Below are positions 49,978-63,440 of a DNA stretch of 64,000 bases, piece after piece. The first letter of the stretch is position 1. The number at the start of each line of letters is the position of its first letter. The position numbers were made by a program, and so were the translations under genes. Under the pieces are notes generated by a model. It was given only the letters and a program-made list of their open reading frames with translations. It searched no databases and was not told the DNA's origin. This stretch comes from Balamuthia mandrillaris (taxonomy: Eukaryota). Location: assembly GCA_031835245.2 (NCBI GenBank), contig JAVKOQ020000089.1, positions 1 through 64,000 of the forward strand, given 5' to 3'.

Positions 49978-52612
49978 ATGCCGAGGGAAAAGGGAGAGAA
50001 GAAAACCTCCAAGAGGAAGGAGGAGACGAAAGACAAGGTGGACGAAAAAAAAGCAAAGACCTCCACGAAGAAAGCCAAGGACCCTGCCAAAGAGGGAGAG
50101 AAGCCCAAGAAGGCCACCAAGAAAAAGTCGCCGGCTTCTTCTTCTGGCAAAAAGAAGGACAACAGTGGTAAATCATCCTCAAAGTCGGTGAAGAAGGTTG
50201 CATCACCTCGCTCCAAAGAAGAAAAGGCAAGTTCATCAGCTACCACTTCTTCCAAAAAGAAGTCGTCATCGTCGTCCAAAAAAGTAAAAACGGAGAGGAG
50301 TAAGAAGTCTGGTGGAGAACAGGACTCCGGCAAGACCAAATCCCAGAAGAAAAAAGTCGAGAAGAAGCATGTCGAGGAGGAACAAACTCCCATACGCGAA
50401 GCTGAAGAGGCTGTTGCTCCCGTTCCGAAAGTAATTGCGGAAGAGAACAGAACAAAGCACCACGAACCGGAACTAGAACCAGACCATCGAGCGGAAGAGC
50501 TTGCCCCTGTTGTAAAAGAGGATGAGGAACCTTTGAAGAAAGAAACTCCTCGTAAGAAAGATCCAGAGCAACCCCAGCAGAAAGCAGCACCTGCAGCCAA
50601 GCCTCAACAAGAGCCAGAATGGAAGAGAAGGCAAAGAGAGGAGGAAGAAAGGAAGCTTCGACAACAGCAAGAAGAGTTTGAGAGGAAGCGGCTAGCATCG
50701 GAGAGGGGAAGAGAAGCCAATCAGCAACAGCGCGATGAGGCTTATCGCAAGATGCAGGAAAAAGACCAAAAGGTTAGTCAGGCGGCCGTTGAAAAGCTGA
50801 GAGAGAAAAACGCCAGCCAGCAAGCTTGGATTGAGGCCGTCACTGGAGAGAAGTTTGATCACCCGCGTTTCGCAGACTCCTTGAAGAGTGGCATTCTTCT
50901 TTGCAAGTATGTATCGTATGGATGTTTTCATGTTTCGTTTGTGTCTCCGGACCGTGCGTTTCACTTTTCACATTCTCCTTTTCTCATTCCTCTGCATTTT
51001 TCTGTCTTTTCTAAACAGACTCGCCAATGCTATCAAGCCCGGAGTTGTGGCCAAGTACAATGACGCCAAGCTGCCCTTCAAACAAATGGAGAACATTTCC
51101 ATGTTCCTTACCGCTTGCACCACCATTGGTATCTCCGAGGATGACAAGTTTGATGTGGTGGACCTATATGAAGAAAAGAACTTGGTTCGTGTGGCCTGCT
51201 GTGTGGACGCTCTGGGAAGGTTCGTCAATGACAAGCTCCCCGATTGGAACGGCCCTCGTTTGAAGTTTGGTGGCGATGCTACCCCTCGCGAAAGAACAGA
51301 GCCACAAAGGCAGGCCGATGAAAAAGAAAGAGGAGGGAAGGAAGAGAAGGACTCCTCCTCTTCCTCCAGTGAAAGCGAAGGTGAAAGTGATCACCAGGGA
51401 AAGAATGCGGAACGACCGCAACAAGAAGAAGATGCAGTAGAGGGAGACACCAAGGTGGATAAGGAAGAAGAATCCTCTTCTTCATCTTCGGAGGAAGAGG
51501 AACAAGAAGAAGAGGAAAAGAAAGGAAAGGAGGACGAAGAGGCACCAAAGGAAGCTGAGCCAGCGAAACAGGACGAAATTTCATCACCGCAAAAAGAAAA
51601 GGAAGAGAAGAGCAACACCGCCGATACAAAAACTAAAGGTAACGCAGGAGCTGCCCCAACCGCTTCATCCTCTGCCTCTGCCCCTGGTTTGCAACGTAAG
51701 GTCTCCGATATTGCTAGCAGGTTCCAAGGCAGCAGCAGCAACAACGGTGCTCCCAAAAACAACTCCAACAACAAGCCGGTTGTTCAACGCAAGGTATCGA
51801 ATATCGCCAACAAGTTTGGTGGCAGCACCTCCTCATCCTCCCCTGCCGGCGGAAGGAAGGGCTCTACCACCACCACAGCCACCAAAACAGGCCCTGGCAA
51901 AGTGTCCAACATCGCCAACAAGTTTGGTGGCAGCGCATCTAGCTCTCATTCCTCACCCCAGTTCAAAAGGACGGGCACCTTCTCCGGCCGAAGCAACTCC
52001 CCAGCGAGCAACAGGAAGGTCTCCAACATCTCCACCATGTTCCAGGCCCCCAAGTCCGCCGCCCCCGCCCCTCAGGACGAGATGGCACAGCTCAAGAAGA
52101 AAGGCTCCGTCTCCACGCTGATGAGAAAGTTTGGGGCATCTGCTGACACCAACTCCCTCCCCAATGAGCCCAAGAGGCACAGTCCTCCCTCTTCCTTGTC
52201 GGCCAGAGGACCTGGGCCACAACATCAGCAAGCCAAAGCGGGCAGCAAGATTGCGGATAGGTTCTTAGCTCAAGCTCAGGCGAATAAGAACGGTAGCGCT
52301 GCTGGTAATGGTGCCAAGCCTCCGGTGAAGAGCGGAAATGTGCAAGGCTTGCAAGCCAAGTTTACGCCACAAGCTTCTTCTGAGAAGGTGACGGAGGAGA
52401 AGGAGAAAGAGGAGGAGGAGGAGGAAGAGAAGAAGGAAGAAGAACAGGAACATGGATTGGAAGAGGTTGGCAGCGGTAGCAGTAGCAGCAGCAGCAGTAG
52501 TGAAGGGGAGGAAGACTCGAGCGATGAAGACGATGAGGATGACGACGAAGAGGAAGAGGTTGAAGCTGAGGGCAAAGGTTTGGCAGAAGAAACAGAGACC
52601 ATAGTGGAATAA
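49978..52612 (+). CDS. Calponin-homology (calponin/transgelin-type) protein with repeated KVSxIxxxF motifs, 2 exons (intron 50907-51018)
   Basis: WIEAVTG..LKSGILLCKLANAIKPG..FKQMENISMFL..FDVVDLYEEKN. K/E-rich flanks. Confidence 0.85.
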
Positions 52613-52923
52613 GCCCGCACACCTGGAATCCTCCTATGTCGACAAAAACGATATTTTTAAAAGGTAAAACCGATTATCGATATACTTTTATTTTTATACT
52701 GTGAAAACGAGTGAAATATCACATAAATTTAACGTCAATATTGAAGTTGTCGAAAAAGTGGTAAAAATAAATAGATAAACGAGAATATATTTCATCACAG
52801 CGAAAAAAAAAAACAACGAAACGAGTAGCAGAGGCCAAGTTTCGTCGCCAGAGCTTCGATCCGAGTAGAGAGAGAGAGAGAGATTAGAAAAGAAGCACAA
52901 AAGAGAGGGAGGGGAAAAAAACA

Positions 52924-54735
52924 ATGGACGTTGCCGCCACATCCTCGCCGATGGTGCTGGAAGAAGATGCTGGCCAATCGGAATCGACGAACGCTTCATC
53001 TTCAGCTTCTTCTTCTTCTTCGGCAAATCATCATAAACGACCCAACAAAGACAAAGGAAAAGAGAAAAAGCGAACCTCTTCCTCAAAAGGCGGCCCAACG
53101 CAAAAGAAACCCTTTGTGATGGATCGTAAGCAGGCAGAGGCCATCTTCAAGCAACTGCGCCAGTACTTTGAGGCCAAAAATAGGGTATGGCAGCCCCAAT
53201 CCACAGAGTCGGTGGTGAGAGTGCAACCGCCCGTTGCAGGCTCATCGGCTGGTGGCACTTCTTCTTCCTCTTCTGTTCGTACTGCTTCGACTTCGCTATT
53301 TCCTAGTCTCACCGAAGAACATCTCAACTTATATGGGTTAGTGACTGTCTCTCTCGTGCTCTCGTTCTATGCTTCTCTCTTTTCTCCCGTCTCTCTCTCC
53401 TTTCCTCCCTCTCTCTCTCTCTCTCTCTCTCTCCTCTCCCTCTCCCTCTCCCCTCTCCCTCCCTCTCCCTCTCCCTCTCCCTCTCCCTCTCCCTCTCTCC
53501 CTCTCCCTCTCCCTCCCTCTCCCTCTCTCTCCCTCTCCCTCCCCTCCCTCCCTCTCCCTCTCCCTCTCCCTCTCCCTCTCCCTCTCCCTCTCTCTCCCTC
53601 TCCCTCTCCCTCTCCCTCTCCCTCTCCTCTCCCCTCTCCCCCTCTCCCCTCTCCCCTCTCGCCTCTCTTAACCGTTCCTTTTAACAAACAGCAAAGCGGG
53701 TTCTTATGCCAGCGCAAAAAGCCTATTTACAGCACTTGGTTCTATTCCTCACTATACCATCTATCGCTATGGCAATGTATTTCGTGGCATGCCCAATGAT
53801 AATGTATGTTCTTCCTATACTCCCCTTTCTTTGCAAAAGCCTACTCTTGTTCTTGACTTTCCTGTGCTTCTTGTACTTCTTATTCTTCTTCTTTTCCTCC
53901 TCCTCTCCTCCTCTCCTCCTCTCCTCCTCCTCGTTTTTCTTCTTTTTTCAGAGCATGCAACCCACACAAATGGTAACTATCCATCGAACGGAGGCTGGAG
54001 GAGTATCCAAAGCCACCTGCATGTGCGGCGCTGGCTCTGGCACGTTTTGGTGCTCGCACGTCCTGTCTATATTGTTGATATGTATGTATAAGCCTGAAAA
54101 AGTGTTAGACTACGAGGTAGTCAGAAGTAATGTGGCTTCTTTGGACAGGACCACTCTCGAAACTCTTGTATTAAACCAGGTCTTGCTTCTTTGTTCTCTT
54201 ATTCTCTCTTTATCTCTTTTCTGTCCCTCTTCGTCTCCCTTCCTCTCTCATTCTATACTTACCATCACTCTTTTCAGATTTACAATGATCAAGCGTATGG
54301 GCAACGAATCAACCCAGTCTTATCTGGCACCACGCCTGTAAAAGAAGAAGCTCTTGCCATCTTTCAACAACAACAACAACAACAGCAAGGGCAACAAAAC
54401 CAAACACAACGAAAGCGAAAAGTAGAGACTTCTTCTGCTCAAGCCTCGGCCGAAACAACACTCACCGACAAGTTCATGGGATCCGCTGCCTCTACTCTGG
54501 ACGTAAAAGCCGTGACCAAGGAACTGCTCGGCACGAGCCCCTCTCATTATTCCGGTTTACCGTTCTTTGATTATGATGACTCAGAGTCTGACTCAGATTG
54601 TTCTTGCGACTATCACTACTGCTTTGATGATGATTACTATTATGAATACGGTCACGATTGTCGGCGCACTGTTGCAAGGTTTGACTGGTTGTGGTTGTGG
54701 TGGTTGTGGTAGTTGTGGTTGTGGTTGCTGATTGT

Positions 54736-54784
<49 letters not shown>

Positions 54785-57700
54785 TCAGTCCCTCTAATAC
54801 TGCCGTACGAACCGTGTTAACGAAAGTGGTACAAATGTGGTCGATTGATGATCGTGGCAATGCTTTGCGGTAAAATTCCGCTCTCTCAAAAGGCGATACT
54901 TTTTCCTGGCTGTTAACAAAAAAACAAAAACAAACAGGTTACTTGAAGAGGTTTCCAAGTCAATAGCGACTAATAAAACCAGGTATTCAGCTGCAGTGCC
55001 CAAATTTATTGCTGATACATGGATACAGTTCTTTCTGGAATGGCCCGGTACTGCGGAAGACAGGTTTGCATTAATGGCTTCTTGCATCCCATGCAGCTTT
55101 TTCTTTAACTTTTGGTTTGGTGGTTATGAAATAATAGACGGGCAATGGGACAAAAACTAGTTTCCATAAATTTAGATCTGTCGGAAGCGATAACTGCTGC
55201 CTCCACTGGTTGGGAGGACGATGCACTTGTAATTTATTGTCATTTCTTTTCTTCATTTATTTTTTTTTTCCTTATTCTCTTCACCAACGCAATAAAACCA
55301 TCAACAATAGGAATCAGTATTACAAGGCAAAGATCCCTCTCGGCCGTTCATAGAACCTCCCAACATCACCTACGCCAGAATGGAGTACCTTCGCAAGCAA
55401 GGCAAGGAACAGCAAGCCTCCAATCTCGCCAACTACGTCATCAGAGTCATCCCGGAGCATCAACCCACCAACTTGGCATTCCTGTTTCCGCTTCTTGAAA
55501 TCTTGCAAGAGGAAGTCTCTACCTCTTCTCTCTTCTGGTTGGCGATGTACATCCTGAACGCAGCCTATTTGATGAGAGAACTCGCAGAGCAAGTTGCAAA
55601 AGCCGGTGGCCAAGGATCATTCTTTGAGAGCGCTGGCAGTGTTGGAATGAGCGAGCCGGTGATGATGAAGCACATTGTGGCGAGGACGTTGCTTATTCTC
55701 ACAGCTAAACTCATTGTGCAACGCCAACTCACTAAGCGTCTACGAGAAGGAGAAGAGGAAGAAGACGATGGCAGCAAAAACAAAGGAAAGGGCAATGGAA
55801 AAGCAAAGAAAGGTGCAGATGACGATGAGGAGGATGACAGATTCATTTACTATGCAGACGCCACAGATAGGATGAGAATTCTCAACAAACGACTGAAAAA
55901 AATGCATGATATATATAACCGTCAGCAACTGGATTGGAAAGAGCTAGCTGCTAGTCTTGTCTATGGCTCAGGACCATCCTCAGCGGCTTCTACTTCCTCT
56001 TCCTCTTCTTCCTCTTCATCTTCTGGAGGAGGAAGCAAAAATCACTACAAAGTGGATATCATGGAGGTGTTGGCTCGTATCCAATACCGTTTCCCCACTA
56101 TATGCGCTGAATGGTTGAAGGAGCTCAGCGAAGTCACTGCGGCTGCTCCTAGGGAAGTTCCTTCCCTCTTGGCTCTGTCCACTCGCAAAGTCATAGACAC
56201 CTTCTCCTTGGACTTCAAGTCACCTACTGTATTATTGCCGTCATCACCCATGCAGGAGCAACTCTCTTCTCTCCTTCTCAACGACCATTACTCGGAGATA
56301 CAGTCGGAACTGCTGCCAGAGCTGTTGAGCAAGTTGTGTATCGTCTTTTTGGAGTCAGGAGGAGACCTTTGCTTCCTCGCACTCTCATTCTATCAAGAGG
56401 GCATGTTGACCTGTTCCTTTGATCTCTTCGCACGAGCCATTCAGTTGGGCCTTGCTGACAAGACCTTCAAAGCAAAGTCTAGAATGCCTTCATATTACGC
56501 CCCGCGCATGCCCTACCATTCTTGGGACAAGGACCTTGCCGAGAGCAGAATGTTGGAAAGATTACCCGAAGAGAACGACTGGTGCAAGTGGTTGTTCGCT
56601 TTGGGATTGGCGCTTAAATCATCTTCTAAAGCTGCTGAGGTATGTTCCTTTGTTCTCGATATTTCTTGCTTTTGTTTGCTGTGCGTTGTTGGTTCTGTTG
56701 TTTGTGTAACTTTTCTTGTACAATAACGTATAAACTAAATCCAAAATAGGTTATTACAGCAAACCTGACAGATGACAAAACTCTGATAAGCCTCGCTAAA
56801 ACCGCCAAACTACACGAAGCTCACAACGCCGCTATGATGCTCGCCATGAAAGCACTTCAGGGAGCTGGAGGGGGCAATTCTTCTGATAATACGACCGGTT
56901 TCACTTCTCACCCTTACTATCCCTCTTCTTATGCTGCCCGCTATCGCTCTTCATCTCAAGAAACCAACAAGCAAGGAGACGAAGCCATGCAGTGGCTGTT
57001 GGACTATGCAAAAGAGAAACCCGAGTTTGCTCCGGTTATTGCTGAGAAGGCGACTAGTTCCATCTCTTCCAGCAAGGAAGCCTTCGAGATGGTCAAGTTT
57101 TACTTGGAACGTAGCAATAGTGGCGTAAGCAACAAAGAAGAGGAGGTCCGCAACGTTAGGGATGAACAAAAAGAAGAGAAAGAGGATGGAAAACAAAAAG
57201 GCAAAGAAAAGGAAAATGCAGAGGAAAAGAAGAAAGTATATTCGCCTTACCCTGCCGATTTGAAAGCCGCCTTTCGTTTGGCCGCTAAGGCCATCGATTT
57301 AGGTGGCAACAATACCAACAATGCAATATCTACCTCCTCCATCTCATCTTCGTATTACGGATACGGAGCCTATGCGAGAGAAAAAGAACTTTTATCATCA
57401 AAGCCCAACGAGGAACAAGAGTTTGATCTCGGTCAAATCGTGGACAGGTTGGCTGCCGCTGTGAACATGAAGCAAGTGGGAGAAGAACAAGAAACGGTGC
57501 TAGACTTGGCTTTGCGGGTCTTCAACAAGCAGCCCAGCCTGACCAACCTGAAACGATTGGAAGGGCTGTGCGCCACCGCTGAGCAGAAGGAGGTCACCAG
57601 GACGAAAGCTCTGGAGCTGGCCAAAGCGGCGGCCAAGAGCGCCCCAGGTCGGTTCTCGCATGAAGGGCTTGGCAATCTTGTCACATTGCTCTTGTATGTT

Positions 57701-58659
57701 GGGTAAGTAGCGCGGCATTCATTCCTTCTTTTCCATTGTTCTTCCAGATCCTTGGCTTCATTCTGCCAAAAATTTCTCCTTTTATGAGGCCTTGTTAGTA
57801 ACATTTGTTCCCTTTTCTATTTAAAAGTTTGGATGAAGCAGTAGATTTGAGCGCATCATCCCCAGCCGTTATGCGGAAGGTGGTTGGTATGGTGGAAGAT
57901 GGAATAACACCCAGCAGCATACTCGACCAAATATTCGCACCATCCCACCTCAACGCTGCCCTTAACGAGTTTTCAGACTATCTTTCGGTATTTGTAGCAT
58001 CATTCTTCAACATATTTTTCTCGGTTTTCTTCCGTGCTCTCTGTTAACTCTGTCTCTTTTATTTGCAGTGTTTGGAGCTGGTAAAAACAATGAATTCTCG
58101 GCCGGATTTGGCCGCGTTAGTCGCTGCCGAATGTATGTTTAATTGTGGAAGGTTAGTTTGGTTTTTCTTCTCATCGCTTCCATGCTTATCTCCAACCGAC
58201 TTATTATCTTGTCCTCTATTATCAGCCGTGATCGCATTGGAAAATACGAACGCTTTGCCAAAGCCCTCACAGAAGTGAAAGCTTTGTATGAAGGTAAGTT
58301 GCTTCACTCTCTCTCTCTCTCACCTTGCACAAAACAAACGCTTCTGTTACTCTTGTTCCCAAAACAAACTAGCGGTAGGACTTCTCCCAGAATGGCCAAA
58401 GTTCATGTCGGCGATATGTCGCCTCTCTCCTGTTCATCGCAAGCCCAACCTCCGCAAAGCCATCGACGCCAATCCTGATCTTCGGACACCACTCACCCCA
58501 GAGCAGAGCGAAAGCCAAGCCAAGCTACGAAAGGAGGTAGAGGAGAGGCTAGCGGCCCAAGGCATCACCTTCAAGGCTCCTTCTTTCAAGGACCTCCCTC
58601 CAGCTTACGCCACCCCAGCCCGCCTTTCTTCTGCGAATTGGCACTTTGGTGCAATGTGA
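52924..58659 (+). CDS. SWIM zinc-finger protein (ZSWIM-like), multi-exon
   Basis: KATCMCGAGSGTFWCSHVLSILL gives CxC-x-CxH. Long helical C-terminal exons separated by GT-AG introns. Confidence 0.7.
53400..53660 (+). repeat. (CCCTCT)n/(CT)n pure pyrimidine tract in intron 1 of the SWIM gene
   Basis: About 260 bp containing only C and T. Confidence 0.95.
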
Positions 58660-58696
58660 AAAAAAAAAAACACGCACAAAAACACAAAACAACCAG

Positions 58697-58800
58697 CACA
58701 AAACAAAACAAAACAAAACAAAACAAAACAAAACAAAACAAAACAAGACAAAACAAAACAAAACAAAACAAAACAAAACAAAACAAAACAAAACAAAAAC
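58697..58800 (+). repeat. (ACAAA)n pentanucleotide microsatellite
   Basis: About 20 near-perfect units just after the SWIM gene stop. Confidence 0.95.
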
Positions 58801-58921
58801 AAAAACGATCAAGTGTTAAAGAAAAAAAAATAACAAAACAAAAACAAAACAACAAACACAAAAAAAAAAGAAAAAGAAAAAGAAATATTTTCTCTCCTGC
58901 GCTGTATTCACTTGAAATAAT

Positions 58922-59093
58922 GAGGGTTAGGGTTACGCGTATACTTTGGTCGTCGACATGAATTAGGAGAGGAAAACAAACCTATTATGTTGAGATAAGA
59001 GGGTTAGGGTTACGCTTCTCCTTTGGCCGTCGACATGAAGTCGACAAGAAGAGACGATATTAGGAAAGGACCACAAACCTATTATGTTGAAAT
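58922..59093 (+). repeat. Diverged two-copy tandem repeat containing AGGGTTAGGGTT and GTCGAC
   Basis: gagggttagggttacgc...ctttgg(t/c)cgtcgacatgaa...acaaacctattatgttga starts at 58922 and again at 58999. Confidence 0.85.
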
Positions 59094-59221
59094 CGGAATT
59101 TGTCCGCATAAAAAGGATAAAAAGAAGAAAGAAAAACAGAAAAGAAAAGAGAAGAGAAGAGAAGAGCTGAACTCTTTTCTTTTATTGCTGAACAACAACA
59201 ACAAAGAATAAATAACACTCC

Positions 59222-62200
59222 ATGTCACGGTTTGTTTTGTTTTTTTCTGTGTTAAAGTCTTTGTGTGTTTCATGCTTTGCGCCAAAATTGACATTTTGTT
59301 TTCTTCTCTTTCTGATTGGATGGCTGACTGGTGCCGCTAGACTCCTCTTTTTTTCGCGCTCGAGCGTTGTCGGAGCGCCTTTGAGTTCTTCCTTCCAACG
59401 TGCTTCCTCGAGACCTTACCTTCTGTTACCCCCTTCGCGGCCAAGCATAAACCATCACCACCAACGATTCGCCTTCTTCCCTTCCGCTCGTTCTCTCTCT
59501 TCTGCTTCTTCTTTTCATCCTCTCTTCTCTTCATCATCTCTTTCCTTGCCATATAAACAACAGAAGAAACGATCCTTCTGCACTTCTTCTTCTTCTCCTT
59601 CTCCTCCTCCTCCTTCTCCACAAGATCAACAACGGGAACGACTCCAACAAGAATTCAGAGAGCTACAAATCCAACTCGAGCGAGAGGATCGGGAGCTGTG
59701 GCGGAGCCGCTTCCCCAAGGACAGCTGGTCCTCGCCCCCGGACCTCCAGCTTGGTGGCAAGGTGGACGAGGCCACCAAAGCGCGCCTGCTGGAGATGCTG
59801 AGCGACCCGGACACGGCCTACGACGCCCTGCCGCTGTTGACCGAACAAATGTTTGGCCCCGAGTTTGCGCACGATCCAAGTAAGACGCACCTTTTCTTTT
59901 TTTTTTTTGTTTTGTTTGTTCACTTTTTGTTGTCCCTCTTCGAAAACTACAACAAAACAGATATCACAGAGACGAAGATACTGGAAGTCGCCAAAACGAA
60001 CCTCCTCCGCGAACTGGACACAGTGAAAGTCTCTCCTGGCCAGTACCGAGGGCAAACCCTTTCCTCCTCGTCTGCTTCTTCTTCCTCGTCTCAACCAATC
60101 CCTCATGGCCACGGCATCAGCAGAAGCAAAGACGGCAACACCATCTATCGTGGCGTTTGGCAACACGGCCAACGGCACGGTCTTGGCACGCTGTGGAGCA
60201 AAGGCCAGAGCTTCTACTTGGGCTACTTTCTGGAAGGCAAGAGGGATGGACGGGGCTTGTTCCACTCGGAAGAGATGGGCAGCATCTACTCGGGAGACTG
60301 GAAAGACGACAAGTTTCATGGCCTAGGGAAGTTGACGATGCCAACAATGGAAAAGAGTGGCGCCAAGAAGAATGAAGAGAGCAACAACAGTTATTTTCTG
60401 TGTCAGTGGAGGGAAGGGTTTCCGCATGATGGTACTTTCTTTGACGCAGCAACCAAGACTACCTACGAAGGAACGTGGAAGTTTGTGGAGGAGGGAGAGA
60501 GCTATGAGGACCACCCTTACACACGAAGTCCCGAAGAAGAGAAGGACATCCGTGAACATGTGAGGGAGCAGTTTGAGGAAATGGATGAGTACGTGGAGTC
60601 TGCAGAGGGCAGCCATATTCGCGACAATGAGAGGACGCAAAAGCATGAGCAGGAGATAATTCAGCATTTGAGAGATGTGGAAGAGCAGCGCAGGCTGCGA
60701 AACGAGAGGATGCAAGCAATGAAGCTGCCTAAAGGGAGGCTGTGTGGACATGGGACTATTTATTTTGCCAATGGCAATGTTTATAATGGTGTTTGGGAAG
60801 GTTTGTGATTTCTCTATATCTTCTTCCTTTCTCTCTTTGTTTTTCATATTTTATCTTCCTTCGTTCGTGTACTCTTGTGCTTCCTCCTTTCTCCTCTCAT
60901 TTGCTTTCCCACTCCCTTGTTCTTTCAATGCTTTAACATGATGCATTTGTATTCGCATTGTCTTTATAGACTTTATACCAGAGGGACCTGGAGAAATGAT
61001 ATTTGTGAATGGACACCGCTACAACGGAGATTTCAAACATGGAAGGTTTCATGGCTACGGGTACATGAAGTACAACGACGGTTCCTCCTACAACGGTATT
61101 TTCTATCTTGTTGAGCTGCTCTTGTCTCTCCTCTTCTCCTTTTTCTGCTCGTTAACATCTCCTCCTCCTCCTTCTAATTCTCTCTTCTCTCCTCTCCAAA
61201 AGGAACCTGGAAATATGATTTAAGACATGGAGTAGGAGAGTATGTGGATAAGGTTGGAAGAGAGAGGATAGGTCCCTTTGCCAATGATACCTATTTGCTG
61301 TCCAAAGATGAACCGCAGGACGACTTCGAATATGACTTGAGTCTTATGGCCAAGAAATTCAGTACGTTACAAACGTGGCGTTGTAGTTCTCCTTTCATCT
61401 TCTTTGTGTAATGTTTTTTTTTCTTCTCTTCTGAACTATTGAATAGGAAATGATCCCCGAATTGAATTTATTGCACGCAAGCTACAAGAAAGAGCACAAA
61501 TGGTTGACAGACAAGGTGGTCCTGTCAAGTCCGAAAAGATGTTTCAATCAAATCCCTTTGATGATGAGAACGAAGAGGATGTAGAAAACATGTTCAAAGA
61601 ATACGAGGACCTCGATGCAGATGAAGAAGGGGACGAGGAGCTGGACAAGGAATTGGAAGCATTGGACGCTGAACTAAAAGAAAGTGAAGGAGAAGAAGGA
61701 GAACAAGTGGACTGGGATGAAATCAGCCGAGAAGCCGAAGAACTGCAGCGAAGCGGCGGCTTCGATAAGATGCTGAGAGAACTCACCGAAGAGGAACGAC
61801 AGGAGATAGAGAGCCTCCGCAAGGAGTCGCACGAGTTAAAAACCCTGCTAGAGGAAGCCAACCGAATTGTGGAAACGAAGCGAAAGCTCATCGAGAAAAA
61901 CGAACTGCCGGTTGATTTCTTGAAAGACATTTTGCCGGAGGAGGAAGCCGAGTTTCTGATGAGCCTTCCTTCAATGGGAGAGAAGGAGCTGAAAGAGTTG
62001 GTCAAGAAGCACTTGCCGGGACAATACAAGGAATGGGTGGAGGAGGGAGAGGAGAAGGCGAAGGACAAAGAGGGCAAGGGAGAGCAGGAATCGACTTCGA
62101 TGGAGAAATGGAGGAGAGCGGCGGAGAAGAAACAAGGCACCATCGAGTCGACGAGATTGTTGAGGAGCATGAGGGAGGCCGAGGAGGAGGGCGATGAGAG

Positions 62201-62318
62201 GGACAGCGTGGTGGATGTGGATGATTTCCTGGATGAGTGGGCGGAACAGACGAAAGCGTTGGGCAGGAACAGAAAGAAACAGCCGAAGAGAGCGCCGCCG
62301 AAGAAGATCAGGTTTTGA
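59222..62318 (+). CDS. MORN-repeat protein with probable mitochondrial presequence, multi-exon
   Basis: YRGVWQHGQRHGLG, YLGYFLEGKRDGRG, YSGDWKDDKFHGLG and YNGDFKHGRFHGYG. R/S-rich N-terminus lacking acidic residues (RSLSS, RSFCTS). Acidic C-terminus. Confidence 0.85.
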
Positions 62319-62764
62319 AGAAGAAGAAGAAACGCATTTCTTTATTTTTCATTCCACAAAAAAAAATTACTTTACAGAAAAAAAAGAAAAAAATGGCGTT
62401 AAATTAAATGTTGATAGTTGTCGAAAAATTATCGGAGTCAGGAATAGTCCTTGGAGATTCGACAGAAAAAACACAGAAAAAGTACCTAAAATCGACAAAA
62501 AATGAAAAATATTCGTCCTCTCGATACAATTATTTTTCCGCGGAGAACACCAGAATAAAATAGCCTGAAAAACAAAACAAAAAAAAAAGCATTTCTTCTT
62601 GTCTTCATCTTTCTTCTTCATTCTTCTTCATTCTTCTTCTTCTTGAACTGAATGAACCTCTCCTTATTCTTGTAAAAACAACAACAACAACAACAAAAGA
62701 AGAGCTTCAACTGCACTTCAACCAAAAAAACAAAAAATTAATAGAACGAGGAGAAAAAAAAATT

Positions 62765-63404
62765 ATGTTGCGAGTCTCTTTTCCCCATCCTTCCTCCTCT
62801 CCTCCTCCGCTGGACGAGGAGCAGAGGAGGAAAGGGGCCGAACGGTTGAGCATGCTGCACAAACGCACGGCTGGGCTGAGCGCCACGCACATCGCACGGC
62901 CGAACCACAACGCGCCCCCCACCACTAAGCGGCCTCTGGTGTCCTCTCGCTCGGTCCTTGAACGCGTGCTTCGCCGTACCAACTCATGGTGTCTTGGTTT
63001 GTTTGTTTTTTCTCCCCTCATCTTCTTCTTTTCTTCTCTTTCCACGTGTTTTCCCATTTCTTTCTGTTTCATATTTTGGATTAAGTCTTTCTCTTCTTTT
63101 CTTTTCTTTTCTTTTTATTTGACTTTTAGCCACCTCTTTCTTTCTTTTCTTTTTTTGTGGCCCTTCTCTTCTTCTTTTCTCAGCCTCTCATTCTCTCTTT
63201 CTCATTCTCTTTTTTCTTTTTCCTCTCACTGACAAAATGGTGGATGTGTTGGCGGTGGCCACCACAGGGGATCCCATCTCTGGGTTGAGTCAGTCAGAGG
63301 TGGACCAGCTCCAAAGACGGTTCGAGCGTAACCTCTCTTCCCTTCGACAGAACCGCTCCCTAGATGATGAAGGTGTGTTTCTTCTTCTTGCTTTTTGTTC
63401 TTCT

Positions 63405-63440
<36 letters not shown>

